From: Candidatus Limnocylindrales bacterium
Lineage (GTDB): Bacteria; Chloroflexota; Limnocylindria; Limnocylindrales; CSP1-4
Direction: 5' to 3'
Assembly (NCBI GenBank): GCA_035629915.1
Contig: DASQLS010000182.1
Location: 1 to 39,432 of the forward strand
DNA: 39,432 bases
Part shown: positions 1 through 6,534 of the stretch, one piece after another
How the letters are laid out: each line of letters starts with the position of its first letter
How positions within the stretch are numbered: the stretch's first letter is position 1
Program-made: the position numbers and the translations under genes
Notes under the pieces: generated by a model
Database searches by the model: none
What the model was told of the DNA's origin: nothing
Seen by the model: the letters and a program-made list of their open reading frames with translations, nothing else

Positions 1-1
1 T

Positions 2-766
2 ACGGCGCTCATCGCCCTGCTCGTCCTGTTGATCCTTGCCCGCGTCGAGATGGCCTCGTTCCAGCGCCTTGCTTCCGATCCCGAATCGGGCGACCTGCGC
101 GCGTGGCGGGCGCCACGCCCAATGTTGGGAGGTCGACAGCGGCTGCTCTTCAGTCGCGTCTTCACCATCCAGGCACTTGCTCTGCTGGGACTGGTGCTGT
201 TTGCGCTGCCGCTCGCCTCGTCGATCGGGCCGGCGACGCTCGAGGAGCTGCTCCGACCAACGTCAAGCTCCACGATCTACGTCAGGGTGCTCAACCAGCT
301 CGTGCCGCAGCTGATCCTGTTCGGTGCCGGCGTGGTGATCGTCGAGATGGTTTCCGCTGTTGCGACGCGGACACTTTTGCTGCAATCCGCAGGCTTTGGC
401 GCCACCGGACGACGCGATCGCCAGCCGCTGTTGGCCGCGGTGCTGGTAGGGCTGGCAGCCCCACTCCGATCACCGCTACGCACTTTGCGCACCTCGGCAT
501 TCGGCTGGCTGGCGACGCTCGCTGCGCTGGTGCCCGTGCTGTGGGCGATCAGCGTGGCGTGGCAGGCTACCCGCGCGACATTCCTGGCCACGACCTCGGT
601 ATCCGACATGGCGCGCGAGCCTGGGACGTTCATCGTCGCTTTCGCACTTGCCGCCGTGTTCACGGGCGGCCTGCTCGTCACCGGCTTCGTTTCGGCATTC
701 CGGGCGAGCCTGTGGACCGTCGACGCTCTGGCCAGATCGGACGCGGCGAACGGGTCCGGTGCATGA
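2..766 (+). CDS. hypothetical multi-pass membrane protein (5' end outside window)
   Basis: The frame is open from base 2 with no stop; the track ORF 29..766 only marks the first in-window TTG. Several long hydrophobic segments are present (LALLGLVLFALPLA, LILFGAGVVIVEMV, WLATLAALVPVLWAI, FIVAFALAAVFTGGLLVTGFV). No family motif recognised. Confidence 0.5.
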   Translation, partial: TALIALLVLLILARVEMASFQRLASDPESGDLRAWRAPRPMLGGRQRLLFSRVFTIQALALLGLVLFALPLASSIGPATLEELLRPTSSSTIYVRVLNQLVPQLILFGAGVVIVEMVSAVATRTLLLQSAGFGATGRRDRQPLLAAVLVGLAAPLRSPLRTLRTSAFGWLATLAALVPVLWAISVAWQATRATFLATTSVSDMAREPGTFIVAFALAAVFTGGLLVTGFVSAFRASLWTVDALARSDAANGSGA

Positions 767-876
767 CCCTTTCGAGCACGGTTGCAAGCCCGACACGCTT
801 GCCGACACGCAGCCCAACGGGGCACCCCTGCTACACTCGCGCCGCTTGTTGACCGGTACAAAGAGGCTCTCTTCGA

Positions 877-1524
877 ATGATTGACCAGCTCCTCGAGACA
901 CTCGGGAGCGAGATCAGCAAGATCCTCGATTCGCCACTCATTCGCCTGGGAATGCAGGCGATCGCCTTCTATATCGTGCTGCTCTGGGCCGCCACGGCCT
1001 ACTGGGCGTACCGCGATCTCCAGCAGCGAACGACTAACCCCGTCGCGCCTTACCTTGCCGCGGCGCTGATCATCCTGTTCACGCCGATCTTCTTCATCTT
1101 CGGCGTCATCGTGTACCGCATCCTGCGCCCGGCCGAGACCGTCGCCCAGGCCAACGAACGTGCGTTGGCCGAGGAGGCGATGATGGTCGAGATCGAGGCT
1201 CAGCCCCACTGCGCGAACTGTTCGCGCCAGGTGCACGAGGACTGGATCATCTGCCCCACCTGCCGCAACCGTTTGCGCCGTGTTTGTCCGAACTGCAACC
1301 GGCTGATCGAGCTCGACTGGTCCCTTTGCGCATGGTGTGGCAAGGACTTCGAGCGACCGGAGCTGCTGCAGGAGGTCGCCGTTCCGCTGCCCGCGGGTCG
1401 GCCCGAGCATGGCGGTACGACCGACGAGCAGCTGCCCGAGCCGGACGCTGTACCGGCCATCTCGTCGAGCTCGCTCGACACGCGGGTGAGCGAGCGCTCG
1501 ACGCCGGTCGTCGGCGAACACTGA
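877..1524 (+). CDS. membrane-anchored double zinc-ribbon (DZR-type) protein
   Basis: Two N-terminal TM helices (MQAIAFYIVLLWAATAYWAY, LAAALIILFTPIFFIFGVIVY) are followed by four CxxC pairs (CANC, CPTC, CPNC, CAWC) spaced like a double zinc ribbon. ATG start. Confidence 0.7.
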   Translation: MIDQLLETLGSEISKILDSPLIRLGMQAIAFYIVLLWAATAYWAYRDLQQRTTNPVAPYLAAALIILFTPIFFIFGVIVYRILRPAETVAQANERALAEEAMMVEIEAQPHCANCSRQVHEDWIICPTCRNRLRRVCPNCNRLIELDWSLCAWCGKDFERPELLQEVAVPLPAGRPEHGGTTDEQLPEPDAVPAISSSSLDTRVSERSTPVVGEH

Positions 1525-1546
1525 CGACGGCCGGCCAACCTCAAAC

Positions 1547-2530
1547 TTGACCTCCGGCTCGACCGATCCGAGCCGCGCGCCGGGCGGCCTCAATGAGCGA
1601 CCCGCGGGTGGCCTCTACCTGATCAGCTGGCTGCTGACCGGTCTGGGCATTGGCCTCTTCTTCTTCGGTAGCCAGGCCGGGCCGCCGTTGCGCGGCGTGA
1701 TGCTCATCGGCGGCCTGATCCTGCTCATCGCCGGGCTCGCTTCCGCCGCGGGCTATCAGACCCTCGCTCGTCGGTCACGTCCGGCGACCAGGTTCCGCGG
1801 TCCCTCCCCGGTGATCCTGTTCGTGCTCCAGGTCGTCGCCGTCAACGCGATCAGCCTCGCCCTGCTGCCTCTCGGCCTGCCCGGGCCGGAGACGGCAGTT
1901 GGTTTCCTCCTCGCCACGATCATCCTGCTCGCCGGCTACGCCGGAGTGGTGTGGCTATTCGGCGTCCGATCAGGTGCCCTTGCCTGGCGCGACATGGGCC
2001 TGCGCTTCCACATCAGTCCCGGCCGCGTGGCGGCGGACATCGTCATTGCCGCGAGCACGATGCTCTTCGTCGCTCTCGTGGCGGCGATCTTCGGCGGCAT
2101 CCTGGCTCAGCTGTTGGATACCGCTCCACCGGAGGTCGTTCCGGTGGCGACGGGCGGCTTCGATGTCGTGCTGGTCGCGATCGGCGCCGCGCTGCTGGTG
2201 CCGATCGGGGAGGAGCTGTTCTTCCGCGGCTATTCGATCACCGCCTGGATGCGCGACGTCGGGCCGCGCTCAGCGCTGCTGCGTTCGACGGTCTTCTTCG
2301 CCCTCGTGCACATCCTCAACATCCAGGTCGATTCGAGCCCGGATGCGGCGGTAAACGGCGCCAAACAGGCACTGCTCGTGCTATCGGTCATCGGGCCGGT
2401 CGGGTTGGGTCTTGGCTGGCTGTTTCTGCGCCGCGGCCTGATTGCCGCGATCGCCGGCCACGCCGCGTTCAACCTGTTCGGCGTGCTGGTCACAATCCTG
2501 GCCGAGAACCTGCCCCCGCCGCCTACCTGA
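1547..2530 (+). CDS. CPBP family intramembrane metalloprotease (CAAX-protease-like)
   Basis: All three CPBP signature motifs are present in order: EELFFRGY (EExxxR), FFALVHI (FxxxH), HAAFNLF (HxxxN). The protein is polytopic and hydrophobic. The TTG start at 1547 is uncertain. Confidence 0.8.
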   Translation: MTSGSTDPSRAPGGLNERPAGGLYLISWLLTGLGIGLFFFGSQAGPPLRGVMLIGGLILLIAGLASAAGYQTLARRSRPATRFRGPSPVILFVLQVVAVNAISLALLPLGLPGPETAVGFLLATIILLAGYAGVVWLFGVRSGALAWRDMGLRFHISPGRVAADIVIAASTMLFVALVAAIFGGILAQLLDTAPPEVVPVATGGFDVVLVAIGAALLVPIGEELFFRGYSITAWMRDVGPRSALLRSTVFFALVHILNIQVDSSPDAAVNGAKQALLVLSVIGPVGLGLGWLFLRRGLIAAIAGHAAFNLFGVLVTILAENLPPPPT

Positions 2531-2733
2531 TCTGCCCCAGAGATGCGGCGCCGAGGCAGTCGCGGGGATAGCAGCGCGCAATCCCGCGGAGATTCGCTGA
2601 TAAGGACCCGTCCCTAGCATCGCCAATGCTCCCTGGTCCGGATGGCGGGGAAATCGGCGGGCTCCGTTGTCCGGGCCAGGGGGCATCTCGTAAGTTGGAC
2701 ACTCGTCCCAGCGAATCTCAGTTGAGGGGTGAC

Positions 2734-3444
2734 ATGCCGCGTCCCGCGCCAGCCTCGCGTCGAGGTATTCGGGAGCTGCCGGCCTCTGAGCGGCCACGCG
2801 AGCGACTGCTCGACCGCGGCGCAGCCGCGCTCAGCGGATCAGAGCTGCTGGCCGTGCTGTGGGGCGCCGGCGGACGCACCGGCACGTCGCTCGAGCTGGC
2901 CGAGGAGATCCTGAGCCGTCACGACGGTCTGGCCGATCTGGCCCGCGCAGATCCGAGCGAGCTGATCGGCGTACCCGGCATCGGCAGTGCTCGCGCGGCG
3001 CAGCTGGTCGCCGCGTTTGAGCTCGGCCGGAGATCCACTGTGATCAGCTCTTCCAGGTGGGTCATTCGAGCGCCGCGCGACGTCGCCGATCGCCTTCTGC
3101 CGGAGATGGCCGGCTTGGAGCGCGAGGAGCTGCGCGTGCTGCTGCTGAATGCCAAGAACACGGTCCTGCGCAGCACGACCGTGTACCAGGGCAACGTCTC
3201 GGCCGCACTGGTTCGCGTCGCCGAGCTGTTCCGCGACGCGGTGCGGATCCACGCGGCCGGAATCGTGGTCGTGCACAACCATCCATCCGGCGATCCCGAG
3301 CCGTCGCCGGACGATCTGCATCTCACCGCCGAGGCCATCGCGGCCGGCCGGCTGCTCGACATCGCCGTGCTCGACCACGTGATCCTCGCGCGCGATACAT
3401 ATGTGAGCCTGCGCGATCGCGGCGTCGCCTTCGATCGGCGCTAG
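2734..3444 (+). CDS. radC: RadC-family JAMM/MPN domain protein
   Basis: N-terminal helix-hairpin-helix-like region (LSGSELLAVLWGAG ... IGVPGIGSARAAQL). C-terminal JAMM motif HNHPSGDPEPSPDD. I chose ATG 2734 (MPRPAP...) rather than the track start 2626, to match the usual length of about 230 aa. Lies directly upstream of mreB, the common arrangement. Confidence 0.85.
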   Translation: MPRPAPASRRGIRELPASERPRERLLDRGAAALSGSELLAVLWGAGGRTGTSLELAEEILSRHDGLADLARADPSELIGVPGIGSARAAQLVAAFELGRRSTVISSSRWVIRAPRDVADRLLPEMAGLEREELRVLLLNAKNTVLRSTTVYQGNVSAALVRVAELFRDAVRIHAAGIVVVHNHPSGDPEPSPDDLHLTAEAIAAGRLLDIAVLDHVILARDTYVSLRDRGVAFDRR

Positions 3445-3456
3445 CCCCACGGTGGC

Positions 3457-3482
3457 GGCGGCTCAACCACCCGGGAGCCGCC
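3457..3482 (+). terminator. hairpin downstream of radC (weak terminator candidate)
   Basis: ggcggctc / gagccgcc forms an 8-bp perfect stem with a 10-nt loop, 13 nt after the radC stop. No U-tract follows. Confidence 0.3.
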
Positions 3483-3581
3483 AAGACCGACGCGCGGTAT
3501 ACACTGGCGCACGCTTCCGGCGCCTGACTGCCCCAGCGGCGCGGAGACCCAAATTCCAACCACGACGGGACTTACTCGCTG

Positions 3582-4634
3582 ATGTTCGACGCCTTCCTCG
3601 GCCGTTTCTCGCGCGATATCGGGATCGATCTCGGCACGGCCAACACGCTCGTTCACGTCCGCGACCGCGGCATCGTCATCAGCGAGCCGAGCGTGGTCGC
3701 GATCGACCAGCGCACCAAGCGCGTGCTGGCGATCGGTGCCGAGGCGAAGCGAATGCTCGGCCGCACGCCGGCCAACATCATTGCCGTGCGGCCGTTGCGC
3801 GACGGCGTGATCAGCGACTTCGACGTGACCGAGCAGATGATCAGGTACTTCGTGCACCGCGTTCACGATCGCGTTGGGATGATCAAGCGCCCGAGGATGC
3901 TGATCGGCATCCCGAGCGGCGTGACCGAGGTTGAGAAGCGTGCCGTTCGTGACGCCGCGCTCAGCGCCGGCGCTCGCTGGGCGAGGCTGATCGAGGAGCC
4001 CATGGCCGCGGCGATCGGCGCCGGCCTGCCGGTCGGCGAGCCGACCGGCAGCATGATCGTCGACATCGGCGGCGGGACAACGGAAGTCGCCGTCATCAGC
4101 CTCGGGGGGATCGTCGTCAGCCGCAGCCTGCGCATCGGCGGCGACGAGCTCGACCAGGACATCATTGGCTACGCCCGGCGTGAGTACAACCTGCTGCTCG
4201 GCGAGCGCACGGCTGAGGACATCAAGATCGCTCTCGGCTCGGCCTATCCGGGAGACTACGACGATCAGCGCGTCACGCTGCGCGGCCGCGACCTCCTGAC
4301 CGGGCTGCCGCGCGCCGTAGAGGTGACCGCCGAGCAGGTGCGCGAGGCGATCGAGGCCTCCGTCCAGCAGATCGTCGACACGATCAAGGACACGATCGAG
4401 GAGACGCCGCCGGAGCTGGTCGCCGACATCATGGACCAGGGCATCGTGCTGGCCGGTGGCGGCGCACTGCTGCAGGGCCTTGATCGGCGCGTCAGCGAGG
4501 CGACCCAGATGCCGGTGCACGTTGCCGACGATCCGCTTACCTGTGTCGCGCGTGGCACCGGCAAGGCGCTCGAGGAGCTCGACGTGATGGAGCGCACGCT
4601 GGTCGCCGAGACCTACTCGCACTCTCCGCGCTGA
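3582..4634 (+). CDS. mreB: rod shape-determining actin-like protein MreB
   Basis: Full-length match to the MreB pattern: DIGIDLGTANTLV phosphate-1, DIGGGTTEVAVISLGG phosphate-2, GIVLAGGGALLQGLD adenosine motif. 350 aa. Confidence 0.95.
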   Translation: MFDAFLGRFSRDIGIDLGTANTLVHVRDRGIVISEPSVVAIDQRTKRVLAIGAEAKRMLGRTPANIIAVRPLRDGVISDFDVTEQMIRYFVHRVHDRVGMIKRPRMLIGIPSGVTEVEKRAVRDAALSAGARWARLIEEPMAAAIGAGLPVGEPTGSMIVDIGGGTTEVAVISLGGIVVSRSLRIGGDELDQDIIGYARREYNLLLGERTAEDIKIALGSAYPGDYDDQRVTLRGRDLLTGLPRAVEVTAEQVREAIEASVQQIVDTIKDTIEETPPELVADIMDQGIVLAGGGALLQGLDRRVSEATQMPVHVADDPLTCVARGTGKALEELDVMERTLVAETYSHSPR

Positions 4635-4677
4635 CGACCGGCACTCACTCGGTCCGGCTCCCGAACAGGCACCGCTG

Positions 4678-5580
4678 ATGCTCACCGGCAGACCCGCTCG
4701 CCGCCAGGCGATCCTCTACGTAGTCCTGCTCGCGGCGGCCATCCTGATGCTCGCGTTCAGCAGCTCGGGCCCGCTCGTCGAGCTGCGCAGCGGAATTGGC
4801 TTTGCCATGTCGCCCATCCAGAACGTCCTCCGCCAGGGAGCCCGAACGGTGGGCTCGCTGTTCGCGACGGTCGGCGAGATCGATCGCCTGCGCCAGGCCA
4901 ACGATGAGCTGACACAGCGGCTCAACGAGCTGGAGGCGGCCAACCGGAGTCTGGAAAGCGTCCGTATCCAGAACGAGCAGCTGACAGAGCTGATGCAGGT
5001 CCGTTCGGCGCTCGACTACGAGACCGTGGCCGGCGAGGTCATCAGCCGACGAACCACGCCCCAGGAGCGGGTGATCAGCATCGGCACCGGCTCGGAGGCG
5101 GGCATCACCGTCGATGATCCTGTCGTTGCCGGCGGCGGCGCGCTGGTCGGCCAGGTCGTGGAAGTCGGCCGCGGCTACAGCCGCATCCTGCTGATCAGCG
5201 ACATGAACTTCTTCGTGGCCGGGCTGACCGAGATCAGCCGCGGGATCGGCGACGTCCAGGGGCAGGCCGAGCGGCCGCTGAGCATGACGCGCATCCCGGC
5301 CACGGACGCAATCACCGTCGGCGAGTCAGTCGTCACCGCCGGGATCGAGCTTGCTGAGGGCGTCCGCTCGCCGTATCCGAAAGGTCTCCTGATCGGCACG
5401 ATCGTCAATGTCGAGCGCTCGCCCGATCAGCTCTTCCAGACGGCCCTGGTCCAGCCGGCGGCACCGCTCGAGCGCCTCGAGTACGTGCTCGTGATCACCA
5501 ACTACGAGGGTGGCCTGCCCGACGCCTCGCCAGATCCGTCTCTCCTACCGGAGGAGTCGGCTACTCCGAACCCGACTTGA
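4678..5580 (+). CDS. mreC: rod shape-determining protein MreC
   Basis: Lies immediately after mreB. Has an N-terminal TM anchor (ILYVVLLAAAILMLAF), a coiled-coil stretch (RLRQANDELTQRLNELEAANRSLESVRIQNEQLTELMQ), then a beta-rich domain with the typical VVTAG..G..P.GLLIG..V motif. Confidence 0.8.
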   Translation: MLTGRPARRQAILYVVLLAAAILMLAFSSSGPLVELRSGIGFAMSPIQNVLRQGARTVGSLFATVGEIDRLRQANDELTQRLNELEAANRSLESVRIQNEQLTELMQVRSALDYETVAGEVISRRTTPQERVISIGTGSEAGITVDDPVVAGGGALVGQVVEVGRGYSRILLISDMNFFVAGLTEISRGIGDVQGQAERPLSMTRIPATDAITVGESVVTAGIELAEGVRSPYPKGLLIGTIVNVERSPDQLFQTALVQPAAPLERLEYVLVITNYEGGLPDASPDPSLLPEESATPNPT

Positions 5581-5673
5581 GCGAAGTCGCTCTGGACTGA
5601 CCGCCTAGCGCCGCGGTCGCGGGGACTTGAGCGAAGTCGCTCTGGACTGACCGCCTAGCGCCGCGGTCGCGGC
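5574..5673. repeat. tandem direct duplication, 2 x 50 bp (49 consecutive identical bases per copy)
   Basis: 5574-5622 and 5624-5672 are identical (gacttgagcgaagtcgctctggactgaccgcctagcgccgcggtcgcgg). Only the junction bases 5623/5673 differ. Copy 1 carries the mreC stop codon and copy 2 carries the stop and last codons of the minus-strand LysM gene. Confidence 0.9.
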
Positions 5674-6164
5674 GTCGGTATGACGCCGTAGCCCGGGATC
5701 TCCAGCTCCTGGCCGACCTGGATGCGGTTGGCGTTGCGAAGCTCGTTGAGCTCGATGATGTCCTGCGGATCGACCTGGTAGATCTCGGCAATCTCCGACA
5801 CCGACTGGCCGCGTTCCACGACATGGATGAACGGCGTCGGTTCGACAGTAACCACCGGTGACGGCGTCGGAGTTCGGCGCGGAGGCTCTGACGCCTGCGC
5901 TGTCGGCAGATCACCAGACGCGCCGGGGTCTGCGCTGACCTGCGCAGACGGCCGGGGAGTCGGGCTGCCCAGACCGCCGACCGGTCCGGGCGCAGCGCGC
6001 ATGTTGGCCACGAGCCAGGCCGTCAGCAAACCGGAAACGACGGCGAGGACGAGCACGATCGCGACACCGGCAACCCAGGGCAGGATGGAGCGCGCCGCCG
6101 AGCGCGAGCCGGGGTCTCCGGACGAGGGCGGCTGGAGCTGGCCGCCCGGATAGCTGTCGCTCAC
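5655..6164 (-). CDS. membrane-anchored LysM peptidoglycan-binding protein
   Basis: C-terminal LysM domain (HVVERGQSVSEIAEIYQVDPQDIIELNELRNANRIQVGQELEIP). N-terminal TM helix (WVAGVAIVLVLAVVSGLLTAWLV) followed by a Pro/Ser-rich linker. GTG start. Confidence 0.8.
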   Translation of the reverse strand: MSDSYPGGQLQPPSSGDPGSRSAARSILPWVAGVAIVLVLAVVSGLLTAWLVANMRAAPGPVGGLGSPTPRPSAQVSADPGASGDLPTAQASEPPRRTPTPSPVVTVEPTPFIHVVERGQSVSEIAEIYQVDPQDIIELNELRNANRIQVGQELEIPGYGVIPTPRPRR

Positions 6165-6534
6165 GCCCCGCAGAGTAGCGGCCGTTCAGCGGGCGCGCCG
6201 ACGGACGCCCATGGATGCCGAGCCCGGACCGGTACCCCGATGGGACTTTCGTCGATAAATCCTGGTACCGGCTCAGGTCGGCCTGAGGGTCCGACGTGGG
6301 GTTTTAACTACACCCGTCCGACCGTGACCGACCCGATCGCGACCGATCCACCAGTCCTCGAGCGCACAGCCATGTCGCCCAGACGCCGGAATCCACCCCG
6401 CCGTCGGTCCGGGACTGCTCAGGACCATCTCGGTATGGCGATTGGGTCCCTCGCTGCCGAGTCTTAGCGCCGGATTCATCTGGCACGTTCCCAGCGTGCC
6501 GCCCCAGCATTTTGTTGAACCGGAAGGTAGAGGG

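Noticed and set aside
277-1593. A 438-aa minus-strand ORF and similar very long alternative-frame or antisense ORFs (3441-4685, 9105-10502, 12718-13830, 19908-21485, 23180-24790, 24943-25995, 29970-31625, 33705-35183).
   Set aside because: Each lies entirely over a gene with clear family motifs in another frame. Their translations are Arg/Ala/Gly/Pro-rich low-complexity strings with no motifs. This is what a stop-poor high-GC genome produces by chance.
2694-2733. A sigma-70-type promoter for radC (TTGGAC at 2694-2699).
   Set aside because: No acceptable -10 hexamer lies at 16-19 nt spacing. Promoter consensus for this unknown lineage cannot be assumed.
5574-5673. Whether the 50-bp repeat could be a minimal CRISPR array or a REP-type dispersed repeat.
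   Set aside because: There are only two copies, directly abutting with no spacer, and no cas genes. I did not see the unit elsewhere in the window. It is better described as a simple tandem duplication.
6165-6400. A c-di-AMP (ydaO-type) riboswitch or an RNase P RNA fragment. On the minus strand the leader contains gaaagtccca and gtccgggctcgg.
   Set aside because: The resemblance is limited to short G/C-rich words. The conserved ydaO pseudo-symmetric cores, and the RNase P P4 and J-region blocks (GGAAAGUCCGGGCUC, ACAGAACCCGGCUUA, recalled from memory), are absent.
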